Shown piece after piece: positions 1 to 8,324 of a DNA stretch of 42,768 bases; position 1 is the stretch's first letter, and each line of letters opens with the position of its first letter. The position numbers and the translations under genes were made by a program. The notes under the pieces are model-generated. The model saw only the letters and a list, made by a program, of their open reading frames with translations. It was not told where the DNA came from and searched no databases. Source of the stretch: Chloroflexota bacterium (GTDB lineage: Bacteria > Chloroflexota > Dehalococcoidia > Tepidiformales > Tepidiformaceae); NCBI GenBank assembly GCA_021823905.1, contig JAKALX010000001.1:1-42768 (forward strand), read 5' to 3'.

Positions 1-860
1 GGAAGGCCTGCCACGACCAGCACGCGATCCTCAATGCCGTCGCTTGGGAATGCCTGGTCGTCGCGCCAACCGAAACGTCCCAACTCCTTCGAAGGTCGCT
101 CTGCGTTCATGCCCGAAGGGATGCGATCACGATCGTCGCGGCGGCCAACCGCTTGGCTGGCCGTCACAACCCCGGTCGCACCCCACGTCCGCCCGGCTCA
201 TGTGGAGGCCGATCCTTACGCCCGCCGCCGAGTCCTGACGCGGCGGATCAGCCTGGCAACGGCCAACGGCCCGTCGGACGTCCGGACGAGACCGGCGTTG
301 GTGTGTACATGCCGCCGCCGAGATAACGGCGCTGGCCGGCGTCTGGTTGTCGTTCGCCCACAGGTGGGGACTCAGGCTCCTGACGCCGACAGCGGACAAC
401 CCGGATCCCCGCGTGTGCGGGGATGACGCGATGGGGGCGGGGATCGCGCCCCACCTCGGCCGTGGTCGTGTTCCGGCCGGTCCTCGCATCGACCGTCCGG
501 CGAAGAAACCGATTGAAACGGCCGCGTTTGCCCCGCAGACCCCCGCGCCGACAACCGCGAACAGCGCGCCTCCGACTGCGTATCCAATTCATCAGTCACG
601 TGTTCCGGCGCTCCTGTCGGGGCCAGGATCATCGGTAACGCGACTGAGACGAGGACTTGAAATATTCCGACGAGCCGTGGCATTCTCCTATTCGATGTAA
701 CGCAGTCGCAGTTGCAGAAGAAGGCAGCGAGAACCTAAACGGACGGACGCCGGGCCAGGGGGTCGGGTTCGGCGGGTTTGATAGGGACGGCGTGTCGGGA
801 CGGTCAGGGGCTCGAGAAAGCCCCCCAACAGAAGCAGTGCAGAGGAAAGGAGAAGACGAG

Positions 861-1559
861 ATGACGAACAGTTTCTTGAAGTCGGCTTTCGTAGGGGCAG
901 GGCTGGTGCTTACCATCGGGTTGGCGCAGCCTTCGTTCGCCGGCGGCGGCGCGAACTTCCCGGGGGGCGAGCCTCCAGGCCAGAGCGGCGGCAAGTCCTG
1001 CTCGTGCAGCGAGTGCCTCTGGGTGGATACTTACAACCCGAACAACCCTTCGAATCACGTCACCGACGTGGAGTTCACGACGGGGGTCCTGCAGAGTGGA
1101 GTCCTGTACGAGATCCAGATTTCCGGCACGGCCAGCTACTGGGCCCCGGATATGTGGATCGCTCCCGAGGGGAGCCCCGACGCCGCGCCGATGTTCCCGA
1201 GCCTTGCCGGGGACATGACCGGTCCCGTCGGCATCGACTGGGAATACCTTTACGCGTATCCCGACCAGACCTTCACGCTATCTTTGCCCTACCACTATCA
1301 GTACGGGTTGGTCAGCCTCGACGGCGGCCTGACGTTTGTCGACATCGTGCCTGTCGGGGGCCAGACCTACCAGGGTTCTCACGTCTACCAGTACGTCGTG
1401 GTCGGCCAGGGCCAGAAAGCGGCGTTCGAGCGGATCGACCAGGGACCGAGCTTCGACAACTACGGACGCTTCAAGGTCTGCGTCTACCGCCTCAACGCCT
1501 GCGGCAAGAAGGACGACAACGGCGGCGGCGACGACGGCAACCCCGGCGGACACAGCTAA
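861..1559 (+). CDS. Secreted Cys-containing protein of unknown family, paralog A (232 aa)
   Basis: ATG at 861, in frame inside track ORF 657..1559, lies 8 nt after AAGGAG. The N-terminus MTNSFLKSAFVGAGLVLTIGLAQPSFA looks like a signal peptide. The protein aligns end to end with the product of 3414..4067(-), with more than half of residues identical by eye, including VVVGQGQKAAFERID, DNYGRFK, ISGTASYW and APMFPSLAG. Confidence 0.8.
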   Translation: MTNSFLKSAFVGAGLVLTIGLAQPSFAGGGANFPGGEPPGQSGGKSCSCSECLWVDTYNPNNPSNHVTDVEFTTGVLQSGVLYEIQISGTASYWAPDMWIAPEGSPDAAPMFPSLAGDMTGPVGIDWEYLYAYPDQTFTLSLPYHYQYGLVSLDGGLTFVDIVPVGGQTYQGSHVYQYVVVGQGQKAAFERIDQGPSFDNYGRFKVCVYRLNACGKKDDNGGGDDGNPGGHS

Positions 1560-1640
1560 CGAGCTGACGCCGCGAACCCGGGGCCAGGGCAAATTCGTCC
1601 GTCGGGAGCAGTGAGATTCGACCCGGCCACTCAAGCACTG

Positions 1641-1675
1641 GGGCCGGGGAGGGCGATCGACGCTCTCCCCGGCCC
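1641..1675 (+). terminator. GC-rich hairpin downstream of paralog A (possible intrinsic terminator)
   Basis: A perfect 11-bp stem pairs gggccggggag (1641-1651) with ctccccggccc (1665-1675) around a 13-nt loop. It is followed by the T-containing tract tctcttgt and lies about 80 nt after the stop at 1559. Confidence 0.4.
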
Positions 1676-2085
1676 TCTCTTGTGGGCGGACCTTTAAGGT
1701 GTGGTTTCGAATCGGTGTCGAGCCGGCCCAGGTCCGAGCAGGCGCGATTGACCGTCGAAGGCGATGTTCGGCGCAAGGTGAATGGTCGAGCGGTCGGCCG
1801 GTGACCGCCCTCGGGCAAGCGACACCGGGCGCGCCGGTCCAAATGGGTTCGTGGGAACCGCGACTCAGCCAGTCGAAGCCCCCAGTCCCGCAACCAGCGG
1901 CACCGGGCATCGCAACCGGATCGGTCGCGTTGGCCTATACTTCCACAACCGATGGTGGCCAAGGGCCCAATGTCCCAACGCACCCCGCTCCACCGTACCC
2001 GCGGACAGTCGCTGAACTCGCGCGATCCGCGGCCGTCACATTCGGGCCGCGCTGATCTCGACGTCCCCGGGAGCCGGTTGGGGCC

Positions 2086-3231
2086 ATGCCACTAATCGTC
2101 TGTGCATTCTGGCTGGCGTTTCCTTCGATTGGCACCGTCTTCAAGTATCTGGGCGTTCCGGGTCTCGTTTCCTACTCCGCCGTCGTTCTGGCTTCTCTCT
2201 GGGCGATTCGAGTCTGGGTGCTGCCCCGGCTCACCACGTACCTGACCGAGAGGCAGGCCCTCGTCCTTGCCGCTTTCACCCTCATGGCTCTGATTGCCAT
2301 CTTCGTCTGGATCCACCCGCTGGTGAGCGCCCCGCGACCGGGCCACGGGAGCGACCGCAACGAAGCCATGAACCTCGCAACTTCAGCGCTGCTGCACGGT
2401 CGCTACCCATACCACTCGAGAACGTACCTGGGGAATCCGCTCAGCCCCCTGCCCGGCTCGATTCTGCTGGCGGTGCCATTCGCCTGGCTTGGCGACAGCG
2501 GTTATCAGACCTTCTTCTGGCTCGCAATATTCTTTCTTACCCTACGGCGTGAGTTGCAGGGTTCGCGGCCGGCCCTGCTTCTGATGTGGATTGCCTTGAC
2601 CCTGTCGCCGGTTGTCGTTCAAGAGGTCATGACCGGCGGTGACCTGCTGGCAAATGCCCTCTACCTCATGGTCTTCGCGCTCAGTCTTCTTCGGCGCGCT
2701 CGTGAGAGGAGCGGGTGGGCCTACGCTGGTCTGTTCGGCGTTGGGCTATCTTCTAGGGCGAACTTCCTGTTGCTTGTTCCCCTCGGTTTGGTGGCGCTCG
2801 CCGAGCGCGCAGGATGGGGTCGTGCGCTCAAGCTCACCGCCGTAAGTTGCGCGACATTCGGAGTCGTCACGGTCCCCTTCTATCTTGCCAGTCCTGGGGG
2901 GTTCTCGCCGCTGCACACCCTGCGGACGTTTGACGCCGCGTCGGCGCGCGTCCCATGGCTCGGGGTTTTCGTGTTCGTTCTCGACGCCAGCCTCGCGGTT
3001 GCCCTTGCGTTTCTGCGCCCTTCTCGGACTGATGCGGGCTTTCTCAGAAATTGCGCTCTCGTGCTAGCGGTCCCGGTGGTGTCGTTGGCGATTGTCCTCG
3101 GCCTGCGAACCGGCGCGGCCGGCGTTGACTCCGTCGGGTATGGCCTCTGTTTCTTGTTCTTCGGTCTGCTCTCGTGCGCCAAGATTAGCTTGGATCCCGG
3201 TTTGCTGATCTCGCCCGTACCTCGTTTCTGA
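2086..3231 (+). CDS. Polytopic integral membrane protein (381 aa), possibly a GT-C/DUF2029-like glycosyltransferase
   Basis: The ORF starts at ATG 2086 and contains many hydrophobic segments. The loop GSDRNEAMNLATSALLHGRYPY after the first TM segments resembles the acidic first-loop region of GT-C-type transferases. This is from memory, not from a search. Confidence 0.7.
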   Translation: MPLIVCAFWLAFPSIGTVFKYLGVPGLVSYSAVVLASLWAIRVWVLPRLTTYLTERQALVLAAFTLMALIAIFVWIHPLVSAPRPGHGSDRNEAMNLATSALLHGRYPYHSRTYLGNPLSPLPGSILLAVPFAWLGDSGYQTFFWLAIFFLTLRRELQGSRPALLLMWIALTLSPVVVQEVMTGGDLLANALYLMVFALSLLRRARERSGWAYAGLFGVGLSSRANFLLLVPLGLVALAERAGWGRALKLTAVSCATFGVVTVPFYLASPGGFSPLHTLRTFDAASARVPWLGVFVFVLDASLAVALAFLRPSRTDAGFLRNCALVLAVPVVSLAIVLGLRTGAAGVDSVGYGLCFLFFGLLSCAKISLDPGLLISPVPRF

Positions 3232-3286
3232 TCTGCGCCGGATGGACCATTGGGGATTGCTGCTTGAGCGCCCCAACGCGAAACGA

Positions 3287-3304
3287 GGGGAGGTTGGCCT
3301 CCCC
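3287..3304. terminator. Short GC hairpin between convergent genes
   Basis: ggggagg (3287-3293) pairs with cctcccc (3298-3304) around the loop ttgg, in the 182-bp gap between convergent stops at 3231(+) and 3414(-). There is no clear U-tract. Confidence 0.3.
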
Positions 3305-3413
3305 CCGCGTATCGCGTGTGCATCCGGCCGGTGGCAAGAGCCCTCAGTCAGAACTCTCACGAAGACTTGGATCTCAAGGCCACCGGCCCCGACCCTCGTC
3401 CCTCACCGGAGCT

Positions 3414-4067
3414 TCAGCTGTTGCAGGCGGTGAGGTGGCGAACGCAGATCTTGAAGCGGCCGTAGTTGTCGTGGCTTGGCCCCATGTCAATCCGTTCGAA
3501 AGCAGCCTTCTGTCCTTGGCCGACCACGACAAAGGTATAGACGTGGGCCGGGCTGTAGTTCTGGCCGGTGATCGGTGTGGGGGCGAGGAAGAGGCCGCCT
3601 CCGTCCGTGCTTATGAGTCCGTAGTTATAGACTCCGGGGAGCGTGCCGCCATAGGTCTGATCGGGGTAGCCGAAGAGGTACTCCCAGTCCCAGCCAACCG
3701 GACCGGTCTTGTTCCCTGCGAGGCTCGGGAACATCGGCGCAGCCTCGAACGCACCTATCGGGGAAATCCACATCCACGGATCCCAGTAGCTTGCAGTCCC
3801 CGAGATCTCGATGAGGTACAGCTCGCCCTTCTGCAGGATCCCATTCGTCATCTTCACTTCGGGAATGTGGTTCGAGGGATCGGTCGCGTTATAGGTTTCA
3901 AGGTAGAAGCATTCCTGGCACAAGGTCGTGCAGCTCACGGTCGCATGCATGCCCGCCGTCCGTCCCAGCCAGAAGTCCTCGTCTTGGGCGAGTGCTGGCC
4001 TGGCCAAGCCAAAGGCCAGGGCCAGTCCACCCACCACTAGTGCCACGCGCAGATTCTTGCTTGCCAT
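3414..4067 (-). CDS. Secreted Cys-containing protein of unknown family, paralog B (217 aa)
   Basis: The start ATG (cat at 4065-4067) lies 7 nt after GGAGG on the minus strand. The N-terminus MASKNLRVALVVGGLALAFGLARPALA looks like a signal peptide. It is a paralog of 861..1559. Confidence 0.85.
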   Translation of the reverse strand: MASKNLRVALVVGGLALAFGLARPALAQDEDFWLGRTAGMHATVSCTTLCQECFYLETYNATDPSNHIPEVKMTNGILQKGELYLIEISGTASYWDPWMWISPIGAFEAAPMFPSLAGNKTGPVGWDWEYLFGYPDQTYGGTLPGVYNYGLISTDGGGLFLAPTPITGQNYSPAHVYTFVVVGQGQKAAFERIDMGPSHDNYGRFKICVRHLTACNS

Positions 4068-4269
4068 CTCCCATCCTCCCTTTGGTCTGTCGGCTGGAGT
4101 GACCCCTGCCTCCAGCCAGCCTTTCCGAATTTCGTGATCGACGGTGTACTAATCCGGTCACCTATGAACTGCCGTTCATTCTCGGTGTTGTGCCCCAGCC
4201 TGGGAATACGCCCAACGGGGGGGGAGTGGTGCATCACCAGAACTAGGCCTTTGGATGGAGATGTGAACG

Positions 4270-4320
4270 CGAGCCTTGTATATCATAAGTCATTTGACGT
4301 AATACTGTTATCGCCAAAGC
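4270..4320. promoter_or_regulatory. AT-rich core of a divergent intergenic region (probable promoter zone for 3414..4067(-) and/or the glycan locus)
   Basis: This is the only conspicuously AT-rich stretch in the 720-bp gap between the divergent starts at 4067(-) and 4789(+). It contains TTGACG (4294-4299, + strand) and TATGAT on the minus strand (4282-4287). I could not pair either with a well-spaced partner hexamer. Confidence 0.25.
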
Positions 4321-4788
4321 AGCCTGTAAGGTTGTGGGAGAAACGCTCCGCGGTTTGAAGTCTCTAGAGTCCATTATCTGCCGGCGCGTGTTTGTAGGCG
4401 CGGGCTTCAGCCCGCGGGGTGGGTGGGCGGCTCAGTTCCGCCTGGAACGGGTGGGGAATCGGCATGAGCTGGCGTCGTGGTGGCATCGTGGCCAGGAGTT
4501 TTGCCGTGGCAGCCTGCACTGGAGGCGGCGCAGCGGCCGGATTTCCGCGCTGAGCCCTCTCAGCCAGGCGACAGGACGGGCCTCGGAGGTGTAGGATTCG
4601 CCCGACCAAGGGAGTGCGTTGGCAGGCATGGCGGACCACGGCGGCACAGCGCACGCTCGGGGTCGCCCGAAACAGGGTGGAATGTTGAACCTACTGATAG
4701 TGAAAGGGTTTGCCGGGCGAACCAACGGCGGGAGCGTGCCCGCCGAGCGGCGCAGACGCGATGCGGGCAAACCGGGAGAGCACCCACG

Positions 4789-6366
4789 ATGAGCGACCTT
4801 CCGAGCAGAGATCAGTCAGCCGGCCCCCAGCCACGGGAGATGAACCTGGCGGACGTCGTGGCGTTCGTGCGCCGCCACCTCCTCCTGATCTGTGGGCTGC
4901 CGCTGGCCGCGGGCCTGGTCACGGGCGTGACGATGTTGCTCGCTGTGCCCCGGAGCTACGAAGCGTCGGCCACGCTGGTGGTGGTCCCGCCGAAGTTCGC
5001 CTCCGACCTCAAGCCCAGCACGCTAACCATCCAAGGCTACCAGAAGCTGCTCGAGTCGGACGCCGCCATCGCCGAGACGAAGCGGCGCCTGGTCGAGAAG
5101 GGCGTGCTGAAGCCGGACGCCCAGCTTCGGCTGAACCGCGAGCTGGAGTCGCGGATCTTCGTGTCGCGCCGCGCGGACGAGCTGTCGCTCGCGCCGATGC
5201 TGCAGGCCGTCGCGCGCGGCACGTCGCCCGCGAAGGCGGCGGCGATCGCGAACACCTGGGCCGAGGTGTTCCTCGAGCGCACGAAGAGCCTGATGGCCGG
5301 GAGCACCTCGTCCACGGTCCAGTTCATCGACGAGCAGTACCCCAAGGTGCGCGCCGAGCTGGCCACCCTCGAGGACGAGCGGGTGACCACGAACGACACC
5401 TTCCAGAAGCGATCCGATAGCGCGGCCGACCAGTGGGACCAAAAGGTGGGCGCGTTCAAGAACCAGACCTCCGACCTCCTCGCGGGCTACCAGGCGGAGA
5501 CCCGCCGCCTGGTCGAGGAGTACAGCAGCGGCAAGAACCTGGACACCCGCAACGTCCAACTGGCGGCGTTGCGCAAGGCGTACTCCGACCTCCAGGACGA
5601 GCAGGCGCGCGTCTCCGCGGACCTGCAGCAGAAGCAGCTGCAAGCCGATGCGGCGCGCACGCAACTGGCCGTCACCGCCCAGTTCCTCACCCTGCAGAAG
5701 GCGATCACCGACGAGGCGCTGTGGGCGGCCATGGTGGCCTCCAAGGACGACAAGCCGGACTGGAAGAAGCTTCAGGACCGTAGCCTCGCGACCCAGGAGA
5801 TCAACCCCGTCTACACGAGGCTGGCCGACCGCCTCTCGCAGGTCGAGATCGAGGTGAACGCGCTCGTACCTAGGGCCGCGAAGCTGGCGCAGGACCTCGC
5901 CACGATGAGCGAAGCGATCAAGGAGAAGGACACGCCGCTCCGCCTCGACGAGGCCGGGCTCGAGAAGCTCAAGCGCGAGCGCGAGGCCGGCCTCGATCGG
6001 CTCAAGCAGGACCGCGACGACCAGCTCGAGGCGCTGAAGCGTCAGCAGCAGTTCGAGCTGGACGGGATCAAGCGGGCGTGGGACGCCAAAGTCGGCCAGC
6101 TCGACCGCGACGTCAATCACGAAAAGGACCTGTTCACGGAGCTGGCGAAGAACTACAACCAGGCGCTGCTCGCCAAGGCGCAGCAGGACGTGGAGGACGT
6201 GCGGATCGGTGCCGTCGCGGTGCCGGCGGATCACCCTCAACCCAGGGGAACCGTGAAGATGGCACTGCTGCTCGCCGTTGTCGCAGGCCTTTTCGGGGTG
6301 GGCATTGCATTGGTGAGCGAGTCGTTGGAACCAGATAGGAGCAGATCCAAACCGGCCCGGCAGTAG
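4789..6366 (+). CDS. Polysaccharide co-polymerase / chain-length determinant (Wzz/GumC family), no kinase domain (525 aa)
   Basis: ATG at 4789 is in frame within track ORF 4477..6366; the upstream extension is R/G/P-rich junk. An N-terminal TM segment (LLLICGLPLAAGLVTGVTMLLAV) is followed by PRSYEASATLVVVPPK, a long coiled-coil region and a C-terminal TM segment (MALLLAVVAGLFGVGIALV). No Walker-type tyrosine-kinase domain is present. Confidence 0.8.
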   Translation: MSDLPSRDQSAGPQPREMNLADVVAFVRRHLLLICGLPLAAGLVTGVTMLLAVPRSYEASATLVVVPPKFASDLKPSTLTIQGYQKLLESDAAIAETKRRLVEKGVLKPDAQLRLNRELESRIFVSRRADELSLAPMLQAVARGTSPAKAAAIANTWAEVFLERTKSLMAGSTSSTVQFIDEQYPKVRAELATLEDERVTTNDTFQKRSDSAADQWDQKVGAFKNQTSDLLAGYQAETRRLVEEYSSGKNLDTRNVQLAALRKAYSDLQDEQARVSADLQQKQLQADAARTQLAVTAQFLTLQKAITDEALWAAMVASKDDKPDWKKLQDRSLATQEINPVYTRLADRLSQVEIEVNALVPRAAKLAQDLATMSEAIKEKDTPLRLDEAGLEKLKREREAGLDRLKQDRDDQLEALKRQQQFELDGIKRAWDAKVGQLDRDVNHEKDLFTELAKNYNQALLAKAQQDVEDVRIGAVAVPADHPQPRGTVKMALLLAVVAGLFGVGIALVSESLEPDRSRSKPARQ

Positions 6367-6414
6367 ATGCCGGAAGCGCTTTGACGGAGCTCTCACGGAG
6401 CGAAGTCTGGAGGG

Positions 6415-7203
6415 ATGATGAAGGTCATGATCCTCTGCGGTGGCGTGGGCACGCGTTTGCGGGAACTCACCGAAATCCGGCCCAAGCCGATGGTCGAGGT
6501 CGGCGGGCGCCCGATCCTCTGGCACATCATGAAACTATACGCGCACCATGGGATGGACGACTTCATTCTGTGTCTCGGGTACAAGGGCAGCATGATCAAA
6601 GAGTACTTTCTCAACTATGAGTCAATGAACTCTGATTTTTCTGTTGAACTGGGCAAGAAGAACAGCATTGCCTTCCACGATCACAATCATAACGAAGCCG
6701 GCTGGCGCGTCACTCTTGCCGACACCGGCGAAAAGACGATGACCGGCGGACGCATCATGCGCGCGGCGCGGTACCTCGAGGGCAAAGGCACCTTCGCCGC
6801 CACCTATGGCGATGGCGTGACCGATGCGGACCTCGCAGCTGCGCTTGCCTATCACCGCAAGATGGGGCGCCTGGCGACGCTCACGGGCGTTCGGCCGCCA
6901 AGCCGGTTTGGCGAGCTGATAGCAGATGGTGGACTTGTTCGGGCCTTCACCGAAAAGCCGCAGGTCGCCGAAGGACTGATCAACGGCGGCTTCTTTTTCT
7001 TCGAGCCCGCCTTTCTGCGCTATTTGACGGCCGATGAGGACTGCGTCCTTGAGCGCGCGCCCCTGGAACGATGCGCCGCGGATGGCCAGCTGAGCGTGTA
7101 CCGGCATGACGGGTACTGGCAGTGCATGGACACTCTGCGCGACTGGGAGTCGCTCCAGAGTCAGTGGGACACGGGTCGGGCGCCCTGGAAGGTATGGGCG
7201 TGA
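6415..7203 (+). CDS. rfbF: Glucose-1-phosphate cytidylyltransferase
   Basis: MKVMILCGGVGTRLRELTEIRPKPMVEVGGRPILWHIMKLYAHHGMDDFILCLGYKG is the classic RfbF/DdhA N-terminus. GGAGGG lies just upstream, and the start could be 6415 or 6418. Confidence 0.95.
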   Translation: MMKVMILCGGVGTRLRELTEIRPKPMVEVGGRPILWHIMKLYAHHGMDDFILCLGYKGSMIKEYFLNYESMNSDFSVELGKKNSIAFHDHNHNEAGWRVTLADTGEKTMTGGRIMRAARYLEGKGTFAATYGDGVTDADLAAALAYHRKMGRLATLTGVRPPSRFGELIADGGLVRAFTEKPQVAEGLINGGFFFFEPAFLRYLTADEDCVLERAPLERCAADGQLSVYRHDGYWQCMDTLRDWESLQSQWDTGRAPWKVWA

Positions 7204-8324
7204 CCGACTCCTTTGTTTCCGCGTTGAAGGGTCGGCGGGTCCTGGTAACCGGCCACACCGGTTTCAAGGGGTCGTGGCTCTCGCTGTGGCTGGCGCAAAT
7301 TGGCGCCGAAGTCCACGGCTACGCACTCGAGCCGCCGACGACGCCGAATTTGTTCGAGGAGGCGCATGTCGCCGGCGTGCTGGCAAGCCACACGATCGCT
7401 GACGTGCGGGATGTGGTCGCCATTGGCCGCGCGTTCGTCGACACCAGTCCAGAGGTCGTCTTCCATTTGGCGGCTCAGCCGCTCGTCCGCGAGAGCTACC
7501 TCGACCCACGCGGGACAGTGGAAGTGAACGTGCTCGGCACGGTAAACCTGCTGGAGGCGATTCGCGCGCACCGCCAACCGTGCGCGGTAATCGTGGTTAC
7601 CAGCGACAAGTGCTACGAGAACCGCGAGTGGGTATGGGGCTACCGCGAGAACGACCCGATGGGTGGTCACGACCCCTACAGCATGAGCAAGGGCGCAACC
7701 GAGCTCGTGGTTGCGTCGTGGCGCCGCAGCTTCTTCCCCCCTGAGCGGGTTGCCGAGCACGGAGTTCGCCTCGCGAGCGCTCGGGCGGGCAATGTCATTG
7801 GCGGCGGCGACTGGCGCCAGGACCGGATCATGGTGGACTGCATCGCGTCGCTCGAACGCGGGACGCCAATTCAGGTGCGTAACCCGCAGTCAACCCGCCC
7901 ATGGCAGCACGTGCTCGAGCCGCTGTCGGGCTACCTGATGCTCGCTGCTCGGCTGCTCGAAAGTACCAGCGAGAATGCCAATGAATTCGCCGGGGCGTGG
8001 AATTTCGGTCCCGCCGTCTCCGACGTGTGGCCGGTCCGTCGGTTGGTCGAGGAAACCATCGAGTGCTGGGGTTCGGGGTCATGGATCGACATGTCGGAAC
8101 CATCGGCGCCACACGAGGCGAGGCTGCTCGCGCTCAACTGCGACAAGGCCCATCACCGGCTGGGCTGGCGCCCGACGTGGGATGCATCCCGTTCGGTCAG
8201 GGAGACGGTCGCCTGGCATCGGGTGCGTCTCGAGGGCGGGGCATTGCGCGACGTGACACTTGGGCAGATTGGAGCGTTCGCAGCCGGCGGCGGGCCGGTG
8301 GCAACTGGGAGAATCTCTTCGTGA
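7194..8324 (+). CDS. rfbG: CDP-glucose 4,6-dehydratase
   Basis: The start ATG at 7194 overlaps the rfbF stop by 10 nt. The motifs VLVTGHTGFKGSWLSLWL, HLAAQPLVRESY, TSDKCYENREWVWGYRENDPMGGHDPYSMSKGA are near-consensus RfbG/DdhB. Confidence 0.95.
   Translation: MGVTDSFVSALKGRRVLVTGHTGFKGSWLSLWLAQIGAEVHGYALEPPTTPNLFEEAHVAGVLASHTIADVRDVVAIGRAFVDTSPEVVFHLAAQPLVRESYLDPRGTVEVNVLGTVNLLEAIRAHRQPCAVIVVTSDKCYENREWVWGYRENDPMGGHDPYSMSKGATELVVASWRRSFFPPERVAEHGVRLASARAGNVIGGGDWRQDRIMVDCIASLERGTPIQVRNPQSTRPWQHVLEPLSGYLMLAARLLESTSENANEFAGAWNFGPAVSDVWPVRRLVEETIECWGSGSWIDMSEPSAPHEARLLALNCDKAHHRLGWRPTWDASRSVRETVAWHRVRLEGGALRDVTLGQIGAFAAGGGPVATGRISS

Noticed and set aside
678-694. TGGCATtctccTATTCG upstream of paralog A looked like a sigma-54 -24/-12 promoter.
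   Set aside because: The -12 element is absent at the required GG-N10-GC spacing (TATTC instead of TTGCA).
1-860. Several overlapping track ORFs occupy this region (34-426 +, 127-489 -, 248-592 -, 347-700 +, 372-683 -, 629-994 -). There is also an open minus-strand frame running off the left edge from an ATG at 108-110 (MNAERPSKELGRFGWRDDQAFPSDGIEDRVLVVAGL...). The minus ORF from 683 starts like a signal peptide (MPRLVGIFQVLVSVALPMILAPTGA). A neighbouring frame has a Gly-zipper-like stretch (IGYAVGGALFAVVGAGVCGANAAVSIGFFAG) but no start codon.
   Set aside because: The products are mostly Arg/Pro/Gly-rich low-complexity sequence, typical of random frames in GC-rich DNA. The two protein-like pieces are in different frames and too short to support a gene or a frameshifted pseudogene without a homology search.
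4396-4418. A small hairpin cgcgggc-ttca-gcccgcg lies in the 5' region of the glycan locus.
   Set aside because: It is a 7-bp GC stem with no U-tract and no recognisable riboswitch or ops/JUMPstart element nearby. Such stems are common by chance at this GC content.
4477-4788. The ORF track gives N-terminal extensions for many genes. Affected track starts are 4477, 7122, 7997, 10254, 11375, 15915, 18175, 18987, 24251, 26859, 28531, 29754, 32684, 33843, 34271, 35802 and 36671.
   Set aside because: The extensions overlap the preceding gene or are low-complexity. Internal ATG or GTG starts with SD sites or ATGA/GTGA stop-start overlaps give N-termini that match the families, so those were used.
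5023-6525. This is a long antisense ORF of 500 aa. Similar ones occur at 8606-9502, 11048-11971, 24794-25750, 26775-28670 (631 aa), 29454-30608, 33593-34409, 34550-35929, 36701-37996 and 39203-40180.
   Set aside because: All lie opposite genes with clear family motifs. Their products are Arg/Gly/Pro/Ala-rich with no motifs. This is the usual stop-codon-poor antisense frame of high-GC coding DNA.
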